Origin: a virus
Lineage: Duplodnaviria; Caudoviricetes
Direction: 5' to 3' (one strand)
IMG/VR virus record: IMGVR_UViG_3300025000_000055
DNA length: 64,000 nt
Numbering within the stretch: the first letter of the stretch is position 1; each line of letters opens with the position of its first letter. A model generated the notes under the pieces. It made no database searches. It saw only the letters and a program-made list of their open reading frames with translations, and had not been told where the DNA came from. Shown here one piece after another: positions 22,232 to 33,078 of the stretch. Both the position numbers and the translations under genes were made by a program.

Positions 22232-23341
22232 ATGAATGATAAAAAATTATTTAATGTAAATATTAACTTACCAATAAAAGATAGTGAATTACTAGAAGGA
22301 ATTCGTTCTTTAACCACATCAATACAACAAAAGAATGAAAAAAATAATTCATTTACTTTATCTTCAATAAATAATACTAAGAAAGAGAAGAAGAAAAAAA
22401 AGAATAAATTACATGATATAGAATTAATGGATGGTGGAGAAATAAAAAATATATCAGATAATGAATCTAATGAAAGAAATGAAGAAACTAATTTAATAGA
22501 TTTAGATGAATTACTTAGGGATGACGACGATGATGATATAGGAAATATAATTATTAGTGAACAAGGGAGAAATTATAAGAAATTAAAAGAAAAGGAAGAT
22601 TATAAGAAAGAATTTGCTGAAGAATTGACTCTATTATATAAATTATTAGATGAAACTAATGTATTTGGTAAAGAATTAGAAAAAAAATATAAAAGTTTAG
22701 ATGGGACTAAAGTTAGAGGTATTAATAAATTCGTTTTTGATTTAGGCTTATTAGTATTAAACTCTAAACAAAGTAAATTAAATATATTAAAAGAAATTTC
22801 ATCAGTGAAAAAATCTATTATTGATCTTAAAATTAAAGCTGATGGTAAAAAGGATGCTATCCAAAATACTTTATCATCAGAACATTTAGCCTCAGCTTAT
22901 CTTAAAAATGTTGTTAATTTTGGACGTTCTGATTTTATAAAAGAATTGAATAATAAAGATACTTATAGTGGAATAGTAGAATCAATAAATTCAGATGATA
23001 ATCATATAGAAGGTTATAATGAAAATGAATTTAAAACTTATAATGATTATATTGCTTCTAGATTAGAAAATGAAAATAATCCTTTTAGAAGTAGTGATGG
23101 TAGTAAATATATTGAATATGAAAATTTAGAAGTAAAACTTCATATAAAAAAATGTGTTGATACTGGGGAATGGGAATTCATTGCATTAGATAAGGATAAA
23201 CAACAAATATTTGATTATCCAGTACCAACTAAAAGAGATGTAGGTAAGATGAAATTTAGTCCTGATGGGTCATATGCAACTGATTCAAGAGGAAGGAGTT
23301 ATAGAGTAACAGAGTATTTTTCTAATATGAATGAAGATTAA
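22232..23341 (+). CDS. Hypothetical protein
   Basis: 369 aa ORF, GGGGG RBS, AACA-N6-TA at 22206-22217. Confidence 0.8.
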   Translation: MNDKKLFNVNINLPIKDSELLEGIRSLTTSIQQKNEKNNSFTLSSINNTKKEKKKKKNKLHDIELMDGGEIKNISDNESNERNEETNLIDLDELLRDDDDDDIGNIIISEQGRNYKKLKEKEDYKKEFAEELTLLYKLLDETNVFGKELEKKYKSLDGTKVRGINKFVFDLGLLVLNSKQSKLNILKEISSVKKSIIDLKIKADGKKDAIQNTLSSEHLASAYLKNVVNFGRSDFIKELNNKDTYSGIVESINSDDNHIEGYNENEFKTYNDYIASRLENENNPFRSSDGSKYIEYENLEVKLHIKKCVDTGEWEFIALDKDKQQIFDYPVPTKRDVGKMKFSPDGSYATDSRGRSYRVTEYFSNMNED

Positions 23342-23343
23342 AA

Positions 23344-23387
23344 AAATAAGATAACTGTGATGACTTATCATCACAGTTATCTTATTT
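23344..23387. terminator. Bidirectional terminator
   Basis: 20-bp perfect stem AAATAAGATAACTGTGATGA / TCATCACAGTTATCTTATTT between convergent genes. Confidence 0.8.
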
Positions 23388-23408
23388 ACTTATATAATAA
23401 ATAAACTT

Positions 23409-24305
23409 TTATTTATTCATTTTTTCTAATAAATCAAGTAGGTGATTTTCACATAAAACTTGTTCACAATTATCACCACCATTATTATAGAAAACTTCTA
23501 CGAATGCATTATTATCACAAAATGAATCATTATTACAAACCCAACATTTTGGATTACTTTCATTAACCTTCAGAATTTTACTTAATAATAAAAATTTATT
23601 AGTATTAGGTACCATTATTCTAATAGGCCAATTAGCAGTTGGTTCTTTTTTTATATATTTTATTATGCATTTATTACATAAATCCCAACATTTTTTAGTC
23701 GTTGACATTACACTTTTTATTGGTTGTAAACAACAAGATCTACAAACAACAGTAGATTTATTAGTTTCAATAGATTTAGGATTATTCTCAATAAAAGCTT
23801 CTAATAATTGACCGGAATTTTCTCGTATATAATTATTTACATTAAAATATATATCTTCAATAAAACCATTATCAAGACTCCTAAAACCAGTCCTTATTGG
23901 ATAGACATTGGAGGTATTATCACCTTTTTTAATAAAAGTAAATTTCCACCCAAATGTGAGAATAAATAAATTTAACCAATCAAATAAACCGAGTTTAATA
24001 AATTGGTCCCAATATTTACATGAATCTTTATCCATATCTAAACTTCTTTTATCATATATAAAACTTATTTTTAATTTAGTATATTCTTGATTTAAAAATC
24101 TAGTAACTTTCTCATAACCTTTAGTGTTACTTTCTTCACTAAATCCCCTGTATTTAACTCTCTGTGGATATACTTTTGTTATCTTTTTGTCATCATTAAC
24201 ATTAACAACAATAGCCCAACCAAATACATGAAGATTCATATTAGTATACCAAAGTAATCCACTATCTCTAAATTCCTGCCAAGCATTTTGAACTTGTTTA
24301 TCCAT
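23409..24305 (-). CDS. Hypothetical protein with Cys-rich C-terminus
   Basis: 298 aa; several CxxC motifs (CRSC, CNKC, CWVC). Confidence 0.75.
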   Translation of the reverse strand: MDKQVQNAWQEFRDSGLLWYTNMNLHVFGWAIVVNVNDDKKITKVYPQRVKYRGFSEESNTKGYEKVTRFLNQEYTKLKISFIYDKRSLDMDKDSCKYWDQFIKLGLFDWLNLFILTFGWKFTFIKKGDNTSNVYPIRTGFRSLDNGFIEDIYFNVNNYIRENSGQLLEAFIENNPKSIETNKSTVVCRSCCLQPIKSVMSTTKKCWDLCNKCIIKYIKKEPTANWPIRIMVPNTNKFLLLSKILKVNESNPKCWVCNNDSFCDNNAFVEVFYNNGGDNCEQVLCENHLLDLLEKMNK

Positions 24306-24320
24306 TATTAATAACCCCCC

Positions 24321-24914
24321 TTATTTATAATAAATATTAAGTTTTACATTTTTTGGATTAACTGGGTAATTATATAATAATTTTAATGAAGTTAACCAAT
24401 TATTCATTTTCTTTTCGTTAATTTCATTGATAATATCCCTAAGATTATCATCAATAAAATAGTAATTAAGTCCATATGTCTTAATTCTAATTGGTATAAA
24501 CAAAATATTATCTTTATTATAATAAATAAGTTCCCAACCAAAAGTTTTTAATATTGTATTAATATAATTTAGAGTTCCATCAAAAATAAAACTATACCAA
24601 TAGTCCTTATCATCTAATTTTGACTTTTTCTTGGTTACGAAAACTTCAAATAAATTTTTATTCCATTTATATTTTAATTCATAATTAAAAATATTTTTAT
24701 TTACTATTTGTAACATATTATTTTCTATGAATTCATCCCAAAGAGTATTAATTGTTAGATTATCATATTTTGTTTTTTCATAAACTTTACATACATATTC
24801 TGGTGATTTAAATTCATTAAACTTTTTTATTATGGAGTTATACCATAATTTATTATATTTTTTAAGTGACTTAATTTCACATGTTTCTGTTCGTTTATAA
24901 AATTGTAGTCCCAT
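24321..24914 (-). CDS. Hypothetical protein
   Basis: 197 aa ORF with RBS. Confidence 0.7.
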   Translation of the reverse strand: MGLQFYKRTETCEIKSLKKYNKLWYNSIIKKFNEFKSPEYVCKVYEKTKYDNLTINTLWDEFIENNMLQIVNKNIFNYELKYKWNKNLFEVFVTKKKSKLDDKDYWYSFIFDGTLNYINTILKTFGWELIYYNKDNILFIPIRIKTYGLNYYFIDDNLRDIINEINEKKMNNWLTSLKLLYNYPVNPKNVKLNIYYK

Positions 24915-24934
24915 AATAAATCACACCCCTCCCA

Positions 24935-25348
24935 TTATTCCAAAGTCTTTAAAAAATCAATTAATTCATTAGTATATTCACCTCTTGTATAAATCATTAA
25001 TTGACCAGTTTCATCATTTCTAAGCCAAATATATCCTTTTTTACCTATTATTCTAGATAATGTATCATAATATTCTTGACATTTATTAAGCATTTCAATC
25101 TGTACATCTTTCATATTATTCATTTTCTCATTTACATTAAGATTTGGTTCGTGGAAGTATAAAGTATCATTTTCTCTACAATACCCACATATACACCCCC
25201 ATGGTTTTTCTGTTAAATTTATTATTGACGATTTATATTTTATAGGTAAATGTAAATTAGGTCCTATTCCACCATAACAAATATTATCAATATCTTGTTT
25301 ATGAACTAAAACGGTGTTTTCATTTGTTGAAACCAATTCATAATTCAT
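24935..25348 (-). CDS. Hypothetical protein with PWGCICGYC motif
   Basis: 137 aa ORF. Confidence 0.75.
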   Translation of the reverse strand: MNYELVSTNENTVLVHKQDIDNICYGGIGPNLHLPIKYKSSIINLTEKPWGCICGYCRENDTLYFHEPNLNVNEKMNNMKDVQIEMLNKCQEYYDTLSRIIGKKGYIWLRNDETGQLMIYTRGEYTNELIDFLKTLE

Positions 25349-25352
25349 GTTT

Positions 25353-25744
25353 TTACCTTCTTTTATAATTTATTTTTATATCATCAGTTATTTTTCCAAG
25401 ATAATTTCCTAACTCTTCAACACTCATATTTGAAATAGATATTTTATCTAATTCATCTTGTATTATTTTTATTACTTGAGAGAGATTAAAACCTTCATGA
25501 AAATATAAAGTATCATTTTCTCTACAATACCCACATATACACCCCATGGTTTTTCCGTTAGAAATATGGGGAATGAAGTAGATTTATTATTATTATTTAT
25601 TCCTATTAATAAATCTTCATCTTTTTTAGATAGTAAATCAGTATTCTTAACTTTAAATTTTATTAATTGTTCATTAATATCTGTCGATTTCTTTTCAATC
25701 TCAACTGCATAAATTTGATTTTCTGGTATTTTAAAATAATTCAT
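25353..25744 (-). pseudogene. Paralog of the preceding gene, frameshifted in a G run
   Basis: ORFs 25472..25744 and 25353..25547 join if G4 (plus-strand C 25542-25545) becomes G5, as in the paralog (25196-25200). Confidence 0.75.
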
Positions 25745-26133
25745 AATAAAACAAACCTCCTTTATATTTTTTATCTACTTCTATAATATATATTTATTTT
25801 TATTTAGAGAAATAACCACCGCATTTTATACATTTATAAATATTTATATTACCATAACTTTTATGTTCTTTTTTAATGATATTATGAATTTACGAAATTT
25901 TGAACATTCACACTGATTAAAATTTTTCAGTAATTGTAATTCTTTTTTATAGAATTTTAAACGGTCTTCTTCTCTCATAATCAGATCAATTCCTGAATCT
26001 GTTATATGACACCAAGGATAACTAGATATTCTATAGTGAGCATTTAATGAACCCCCTGAGTTATTTTAAGTTTATTATCAAATATACTAATAATTTTATT
26101 CAGTTAATAAAACCCCCTATCACTAAAATTTTA

Positions 26134-28794
26134 TTATTTAAAAATTATGTTTTTATTCTTATAATTATCTAATTCAACATCAGATGTTAATATTAAATCA
26201 ACTGGATAACTATCAAACATGTTATTATGTGTTATCATGAATATTTGTTTAGCATTTATAGTATCAAGTTGTTTCTCCAATATATTAAGAAACATAATTC
26301 TATTTTTTTGATCTAAAGTAGCATCAATTTCATCTAATAACATAATATTATATTTCTTTATAGATTGCTCAATTAAAGCAAAAGATAAAGCTACTGAAAC
26401 AAAACTTCTTTCACCCTGAGATGTATATATAATATCATTAATTCTCATACTATTTTTAATATAAGGAATCTTAAATTCCTTTTCATTAATTTCAAAATCA
26501 TCTATTTCTAATTCACCCTTATAAACTATATCTAATAGATTATTAACAATCAATTTAGTATTCTTTAAATATAATTGAATGAATAATAAAGGTATACCTT
26601 TATTAGATGATAACGATTCTTTAATTATTGAAATTTCATCAAATTGTTCCTCAAGAATATTTCTTTCTTTATTTAATGATTTAAATTCTCTTAATTTAAA
26701 CTTAGTATTGTTGATTTCATCTTCTATCTTTTTTATCTGTTTATCATATTCAATTATCTCTCTTTTATAAGCATTTATCTTATTAAAATAAACTTCAGTT
26801 TCTTGAAGTTTATTTCTTTTATCTGTAACATATTTATTAATATCAGTATATCTATTTTCTAATATTACTAATCCAGTATTTAATCTATCATAAGATATAA
26901 ATAATTCCTTACTTATATTATATCTTTCAATATTATTATTCAATTGAATATTTCTATCTTTTAAATTATTTATTTGATTATCTAATAAAAAAATTTCTTC
27001 ATTAATCTTATTTATTTCTTCTTGTAAAACTTTTAATGATTTAGAATTCTTTTCTATAAATATCATTTCTCTTTTAATTTCTTTAATTTTATCATTAATA
27101 GATAAATATTCTTCATAGTCTTCTAATACACTAATATATTCAGTAATTTTCTCTTCATTATAAAATGTAACATACTCTTTAATACAATTAAGAAGATTGT
27201 TAATATTAAAAAATTCTTCTGGTAATTTATCTAATAAATCTTTATTAGTTTTAATTAATAAATAAATATAATTCATATTCTTACCAACAGCATCCATAGC
27301 TAGATAATACTCTCTTCTAGTTTCAAGTTTAATATTTTCTTGATTAATTTTTTCTATAGGTGTTTCTGTCTTAGATGAATATCTATTATAAAAATTGATA
27401 TAAGAACATTCTTTATTTTTACAACCAGGAACTTTAAACATAATAAATAATCCCTTATTAGTTAAACCATTTTCATTAAGACTTATGAGTTTAATATTAT
27501 TTTTAGTCATTTTATCATCAATTCTAAGAATATTTTCTTTAACTATAACATCTAAATTACTTTTATTTATTATATAATTAATTACTTCAATTACAGCATT
27601 AGAGTTAAAAGTATATATATTAGAAATAATATTATTAATTTCTTGCATTAGTCTTAAAGCTCTTAATAATTCTTCTTTAGTACATTTAGGTTTAAAACCT
27701 TTAAATATTTTTTCATATTTAATTTGTTTATTATTTAACTCTATATAAAAATCATTTAACTTAATATATTCAACTTCAGATATAAGATATTTTAATTCAT
27801 TATTAAAGTCTTCTCTTTTTAAATAAAGTTTATCCAATTGAGTAATATAAAAACTAATCATATTTTTATTAGATTCAACTTCATTATTAGATTTAGATAT
27901 TTTATTATCTAAATCTTTTATATTATCAGAAATATCTCCTATTATAATAAGATTAATTTTATTCTTTTTCTTTTGAATAGATTGAATTTCACTATATATA
28001 TCTTTTAATAAATTAATATGATAATTTAAATCATCATTAAATAAATCTATAGAATCTGGTATTATAGATTCTATTATAGTATTATATTTCCATACTAACC
28101 CTATATTATTCTCTCTACGTTCCTTTAACTTATTTAGTTCTAATTCTAACTTATTTATTTCATCCTTTAAATCACTAATGTCAATAACTCTTAGTTTATC
28201 TATTTTATCAACAACTGACTTTAACATAATTCTTAATATTTTACTATCTTCATTTATCTTCTTAAAGAATTGAGAATATATATCAATATCAGATAATAAC
28301 TCTGATGTAAATCCTTTTCTTTCAGTTGCTTTCATATCAATAAAATTAGTTACATTAGAACCTAATCTAATTAACTTTAAGAAATCTAATTCTAATAAAA
28401 ACTCCATTAAAATATATTCTTTAAATGAATTAATATTACCGTTAGGATTTAATTCAATACCATTTTTAGAAATAAAACTTTTAACACTAATTCCATTTTT
28501 AGAATTAATATAGTGGTGTTTAATTATATATAAAATATTATCATCTTCTATATGAATTTCTTTATAACCATTTTCACCTTCTATTATTAAATTACTATTA
28601 TTTCTAACATCCATATTACCAGGATATGGAAAAGGATGTAAATGACTTATTAAAGAGGTTTTACCTGAACCATTATTACCAACTAAAAGAATAACTCTAT
28701 TTTTTGATTTAGATAAATCAATTTCAATAGTCTTTCTTTTCATAGCAGAATAAATACTAGCCATATTTTTTAAACATAAATAAACTATTCTCAT
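26134..28794 (-). CDS. sbcC: SbcC/Rad50-like SMC ATPase
   Basis: Walker A GNNGSGKT, long coiled coil, SQGE signature, Walker B LLDEID. Confidence 0.9.
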   Translation of the reverse strand: MRIVYLCLKNMASIYSAMKRKTIEIDLSKSKNRVILLVGNNGSGKTSLISHLHPFPYPGNMDVRNNSNLIIEGENGYKEIHIEDDNILYIIKHHYINSKNGISVKSFISKNGIELNPNGNINSFKEYILMEFLLELDFLKLIRLGSNVTNFIDMKATERKGFTSELLSDIDIYSQFFKKINEDSKILRIMLKSVVDKIDKLRVIDISDLKDEINKLELELNKLKERRENNIGLVWKYNTIIESIIPDSIDLFNDDLNYHINLLKDIYSEIQSIQKKKNKINLIIIGDISDNIKDLDNKISKSNNEVESNKNMISFYITQLDKLYLKREDFNNELKYLISEVEYIKLNDFYIELNNKQIKYEKIFKGFKPKCTKEELLRALRLMQEINNIISNIYTFNSNAVIEVINYIINKSNLDVIVKENILRIDDKMTKNNIKLISLNENGLTNKGLFIMFKVPGCKNKECSYINFYNRYSSKTETPIEKINQENIKLETRREYYLAMDAVGKNMNYIYLLIKTNKDLLDKLPEEFFNINNLLNCIKEYVTFYNEEKITEYISVLEDYEEYLSINDKIKEIKREMIFIEKNSKSLKVLQEEINKINEEIFLLDNQINNLKDRNIQLNNNIERYNISKELFISYDRLNTGLVILENRYTDINKYVTDKRNKLQETEVYFNKINAYKREIIEYDKQIKKIEDEINNTKFKLREFKSLNKERNILEEQFDEISIIKESLSSNKGIPLLFIQLYLKNTKLIVNNLLDIVYKGELEIDDFEINEKEFKIPYIKNSMRINDIIYTSQGERSFVSVALSFALIEQSIKKYNIMLLDEIDATLDQKNRIMFLNILEKQLDTINAKQIFMITHNNMFDSYPVDLILTSDVELDNYKNKNIIFK

Positions 28795-28868
28795 AAGTTC
28801 ACCTCCAAAAAGATAAAAAAATAATAAACTAATAAAATTAGTCTATTATTTTGTTAATTTAGTAATAA

Positions 28869-29843
28869 TTATTTAATTCTTTTTACTCCAGATTCTATAA
28901 ATATACCTGTTATTATATTATTAGGTTTTTCTTTTGCTTTAATATATCCGTATTCTTTCTTTTCAGAAATTTTATGATTAAGTCCAGCATAAATACCATA
29001 ATCATTTCCAGATTTAATAATACCTTTAGAATCTATAAATCCACCAGATTTAATAAAATTCTGTGCTATGATATTACCAAATGAAATTATATTTTGTTCG
29101 GTAACAATACTTTCTTCAGCTTCAATAAAATCATTAGCTTTTATAAAACATTGCGAATAAATACCCCCTTCAGTAGTTCTAATAAAACCAGTAGATAAAA
29201 TTGCTCCCTTTATAGTTCTAATTCCTTCATCTGCTTCAATATTATTACACATAATATCATAATTTACATCTATATCTAATTCAGATTTTATATTCTTTTT
29301 AGAAAAAAGAGTGCCTCCACATTTAATATCAATAGATTCAATATTACCAAATGAAATTATATTATTGCTAACATTGAGTTCATCAAGACACATAATATTA
29401 CCTAAAGCAAATACTGTCCCTTTACAAATAATTTTTTCTGCAATAATATTTCCAGTAACAAAAATATTTTTAGATACATTAATTTCATCAATAACATTTA
29501 AATTCCCATTAACAAAAATATTATTATCAGTTATTAAATTTTGTAGTTTATTATTTCCATTATTATTAGTAATAACATCTTTAAAATCATACATAAGTTT
29601 TATAAAACAATCTAATGGATCTATTAATTGATGTTCTTCTTTAAATAAAATATTAAATATATCAGAAAGTTGACCACCTTCAGGAAATCTATCCATAAAC
29701 CATGAAAGAAAATTATTATATATTTGAACATGTTGTAAAACACCAAATATTTCATTTTCTTTATTAAATCGTATTTTTATAAAATATTTAAGAAAATCAT
29801 CATACTCAGTTTTTTCTTTTAACATATCAATTGTAATTTTCAT
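28869..29843 (-). CDS. Beta-helix repeat protein (bactofilin/polymer-forming-like)
   Basis: Repeated 6-residue units such as GNIIAE, GNIMCL, GNIESI, GFIRTT in the C-terminal half. Confidence 0.55.
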   Translation of the reverse strand: MKITIDMLKEKTEYDDFLKYFIKIRFNKENEIFGVLQHVQIYNNFLSWFMDRFPEGGQLSDIFNILFKEEHQLIDPLDCFIKLMYDFKDVITNNNGNNKLQNLITDNNIFVNGNLNVIDEINVSKNIFVTGNIIAEKIICKGTVFALGNIMCLDELNVSNNIISFGNIESIDIKCGGTLFSKKNIKSELDIDVNYDIMCNNIEADEGIRTIKGAILSTGFIRTTEGGIYSQCFIKANDFIEAEESIVTEQNIISFGNIIAQNFIKSGGFIDSKGIIKSGNDYGIYAGLNHKISEKKEYGYIKAKEKPNNIITGIFIESGVKRIK

Positions 29844-29869
29844 TTTAATTTAAAACCCCCATATATAAA

Positions 29870-30190
29870 TTATTCAATTGGAATCAAAATTATGGCAGGT
29901 ATACCTCTAGGTTTATCGGGACATAAATCTTTTTCAGAGAATCCTTGCGCTATTAATTTATCAGATAATTTCCTGATATAAGTTTGACCTGCACGTTTAT
30001 TATGAGGATGTGCTAAATAGACACATTTCTTTATTTTCCCTAATGGTTTTTTATCACCAGTACCATCAGAATCTTTCTGTAATACAATGATGTCATTATC
30101 ATTATACGGTTTCAATAATTTAATTAAATCTTTTTTTCTTATATACATTAAAAAGAATCCCTCCATAAATTTATTTTTTATATATGTCAA
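29870..30190 (-). CDS. Hypothetical protein
   Basis: ORF track; probable start at MYIRKK after GGAGG. Confidence 0.65.
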   Translation of the reverse strand: MTYIKNKFMEGFFLMYIRKKDLIKLLKPYNDNDIIVLQKDSDGTGDKKPLGKIKKCVYLAHPHNKRAGQTYIRKLSDKLIAQGFSEKDLCPDKPRGIPAIILIPIE

Positions 30191-30464
30191 ATTTATTAAT
30201 CAAATCTCTTGCAATTTTATTAACTGTAGGAGAATTAATTCTATTACAATTAAATTCAATGTTATATTCATCGGCAATTGGTTTTTCTGTAATATAATAA
30301 TATCTACAAATTTCATAAATAGGACACACTTTATATATTTTATTCTTATAAAAATAAACTATTAATTCTTTTTTACAACGTGGACAATATATAGAATTAT
30401 TTGGAATTCTTGCACTTGGTTTATCATTTTTAATAATACTGAATAAATTTATAAATCGTCCCAC
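30171..30464 (-). CDS. Small zinc-finger-like protein
   Basis: CPRC...CPIYEIC. Confidence 0.55.
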   Translation of the reverse strand: MGRFINLFSIIKNDKPSARIPNNSIYCPRCKKELIVYFYKNKIYKVCPIYEICRYYYITEKPIADEYNIEFNCNRINSPTVNKIARDLINKFDIYKK

Positions 30465-30483
30465 CTTATCTTAAATATGTTAT

Positions 30484-30636
30484 TTATATTTTAATATCAA
30501 TAGTTAAACCACCACTACTATTTCCAGGTGATTTTTTATCTTTTTTCTTACCTTTTTTTTCTACTTTCTTTTGAAACTTTTCTAACATACTAAATACATC
30601 ATCAATACAAAAATTATCAATGTCTATTTTAGCCAT
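30484..30636 (-). CDS. 50-aa basic small protein (missed by the ORF track)
   Basis: AAGGAG RBS; MAKIDIDNFCIDDVFSMLEKFQKKVEKKGKKKDKKSPGNSSGGLTIDIKI. Confidence 0.6.
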   Translation of the reverse strand: MAKIDIDNFCIDDVFSMLEKFQKKVEKKGKKKDKKSPGNSSGGLTIDIKI

Positions 30637-30750
30637 ATAAAACACTCCTTTTTTATTTTATTTAAATAATAATATATATTTATATATGATTTTGTTGTTG
30701 AAATAATAAAAAATAAATCTAAGAAATCATTCTTAGATTTATTAAATTAA

Positions 30751-31245
30751 TTATTTGTTATTTAAAATCCGTAGTAGATATAAAATCACATTAGCAGTAA
30801 GTTCAGGATCTTCAATATTGAATTCAGTAAATAATTCTACTGTTTGCATAGGATTTTTAAAATAGAAATATTCTAAGAATTTAATAGCTTTCTTAGTAAA
30901 TTCCTCATCATTTAATTTAGTTACATTTTTCCAATTACAAATAATGTTTTCAGCATTACGTTCAAATTGAAGGAGAACATCGTTCTCGTCTTCTATTTCA
31001 AAATTAATATATGTTTTTGAAGTTAAAAAAGCTACAAATCTAGCGAATGAAATAATTTTAATATTTTTAATTCCAGGATATTTTGTAATTAAATAATAAA
31101 TTGCATTGTTAAAAACATCACCATATTTTTTATAATTAGTAACAGTAACATTAAAATACCCCTTACTTTTTATTAGATCTATTATTTTACTTTCATCATC
31201 AGGATTATTGAAATATTTTAAAACAATTTGTTTATTTAATATCAT
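30751..31245 (-). CDS. Hypothetical protein
   Basis: 164 aa ORF with AGAGGG RBS. Confidence 0.7.
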   Translation of the reverse strand: MILNKQIVLKYFNNPDDESKIIDLIKSKGYFNVTVTNYKKYGDVFNNAIYYLITKYPGIKNIKIISFARFVAFLTSKTYINFEIEDENDVLLQFERNAENIICNWKNVTKLNDEEFTKKAIKFLEYFYFKNPMQTVELFTEFNIEDPELTANVILYLLRILNNK

Positions 31246-31267
31246 TATAAAAACCCCTCTTTTTATT

Positions 31268-31606
31268 TTAAAATAATTTTAATTTCTTTAATAAATTTTC
31301 AACATCACATACTATATCCTGTTTCAATTTATTAAAAGCACTGTTACGACCTAGGTTATACATATGTAATAATTCGGCTATAACTTTGAGTTTATTTAAA
31401 TGGTTTTCACTATTTAAATTTTTAATAGATGTTTCTAAACTTAAAAATAATTCTTCATATTCTGGATTATTTTTAGCTGTTATTTCAATAAAAATATCCT
31501 TATTTAATTTCCAAATAGCCCCATCTAAGTCATATTCATAAGGAATATAAACATATAAGTATTCGTCAATCCCATCAATTTCTTTATACAATATTAATTC
31601 GTCCAT
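31268..31606 (-). CDS. Hypothetical protein
   Basis: 112 aa ORF with RBS. Confidence 0.65.
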   Translation of the reverse strand: MDELILYKEIDGIDEYLYVYIPYEYDLDGAIWKLNKDIFIEITAKNNPEYEELFLSLETSIKNLNSENHLNKLKVIAELLHMYNLGRNSAFNKLKQDIVCDVENLLKKLKLF

Positions 31607-31743
31607 ACTTTAACCCCCTATACTTTTATCTAATAACATTAATAAATTCCCTTTCTTCTTTATTTAATGATATATATTTATAATTAAACTTATTTATTAT
31701 AAAAAAATAGGGTGGATAAAATTAATCCACCCAAAAAAGTATT

Positions 31744-32682
31744 TTATTTTAAAACATGTTCTCTAATTTTTTTGTTATAAATAACTTTTATCCCCTCATT
31801 CCCCATGATTTTTCTGATTTTTGGAATAGTCCATTTCCAAAAATCCTTATCAGCATTGGTTAACCAAGCGTTGGTATCTTTTTCTTTCTTATATTCATTT
31901 AGAAGTTTTCCTATTATTGACATAGGAAAACTTCTTCCCTCTACTGCACAAATTGATCTATAACCACTACCAATAAATGGAGTTGTTTCACCCCAACTAC
32001 CTTCTATAGTAGGAAGAAGTGCATTATCATATGTTACAGTGTTGAGTTTTATTTCCATTTCATTTAACCATTCTTGGTTGAAAAGAACAATATCTTTTTC
32101 AAAATAATAGATTAAATTGTTATCAACGTATGTCCAAATAACTTTATTTGAATTGAAAATATGTTCTTGATATTCATCAGGAACAGAATTTAAATTCCAA
32201 GGTTTAGAATTTTTTTTAGTAAGAAATTCTTTGTAATTAAAATAATTACTTTCACCTTCTCCAACCACAAGATTACCTTGCTCTCCTTTCAATGAGGCGA
32301 GCTGAAAAGAAGCATTCATTATTTTATCTGATAGTCCCGATGCTTTAACAGGACTATACATATACATATTATTTGGAAAAATGTGAATTGATAATGGTCT
32401 AAAATTCCAAATTTTGTTTTCTAGTATTGCGGACACGGTTTCAGTTTTCTGTAATTCATGAGGAAAAAATTTCATAGTATTTCCCTCAGATGACCTAGCA
32501 AAATAATTATTCCTTGTAACAGCAATATGAAAATCTTTGCTGTCAAAATCTTTTAGACTATTAATACAACCAAAGTTTCCAGCATGTCTTAAAACTAATT
32601 GGTTGTGTATATTTTTAGTACATCCATATGCTGCAATGTGAAGATTTCTAGAAGTTGTATCAATCAATAAAATATTAGACAA
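31744..32682 (-). CDS. Hypothetical protein
   Basis: 312 aa ORF, AAGGAGG RBS. Confidence 0.75.
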   Translation of the reverse strand: MSNILLIDTTSRNLHIAAYGCTKNIHNQLVLRHAGNFGCINSLKDFDSKDFHIAVTRNNYFARSSEGNTMKFFPHELQKTETVSAILENKIWNFRPLSIHIFPNNMYMYSPVKASGLSDKIMNASFQLASLKGEQGNLVVGEGESNYFNYKEFLTKKNSKPWNLNSVPDEYQEHIFNSNKVIWTYVDNNLIYYFEKDIVLFNQEWLNEMEIKLNTVTYDNALLPTIEGSWGETTPFIGSGYRSICAVEGRSFPMSIIGKLLNEYKKEKDTNAWLTNADKDFWKWTIPKIRKIMGNEGIKVIYNKKIREHVLK

Positions 32683-32874
32683 GTTTCCTCCTTAAAATAA
32701 ATCACTAATGATTTAATCCAATAAGTACATTTATTTCCCCTTATTGGTGGGAATATTATTTAATTCTACTATAATAATATATACTTGAATATAAGGAATA
32801 TACCATTTCATCATAATTTAATTAAAGTCTTTTTACCAGTACCAATATAATCAATTTTACAATTTATTTGACTT

Positions 32875-33072
32875 TCAAATATTTTTATATTCTGATTCTT
32901 TATATCTTCTATCATCATCTTGATATCTTATACCAAAATAAGGTTTTCCTTCTCTCTCAGCTTTATCCTTTTCCATTTCATTTTTTAAATCTAATAATTT
33001 GAATCTATTTTGTTTCTCATTTTCAGTTTCAATATCAACAAAAGATTTTAAAAAGTTTAACAAAAGTTCCAC
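32875..33072 (-). CDS. Hypothetical small protein
   Basis: 65 aa ORF. Confidence 0.55.
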   Translation of the reverse strand: MELLLNFLKSFVDIETENEKQNRFKLLDLKNEMEKDKAEREGKPYFGIRYQDDDRRYKESEYKNI

Positions 33073-33078
33073 CTCACA

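Noticed and set aside
25850-26043. Possible small frameshifted gene downstream of sbcC
   Set aside because: The ATG frame is only 13 codons and the longer frame has no start; cannot be supported.
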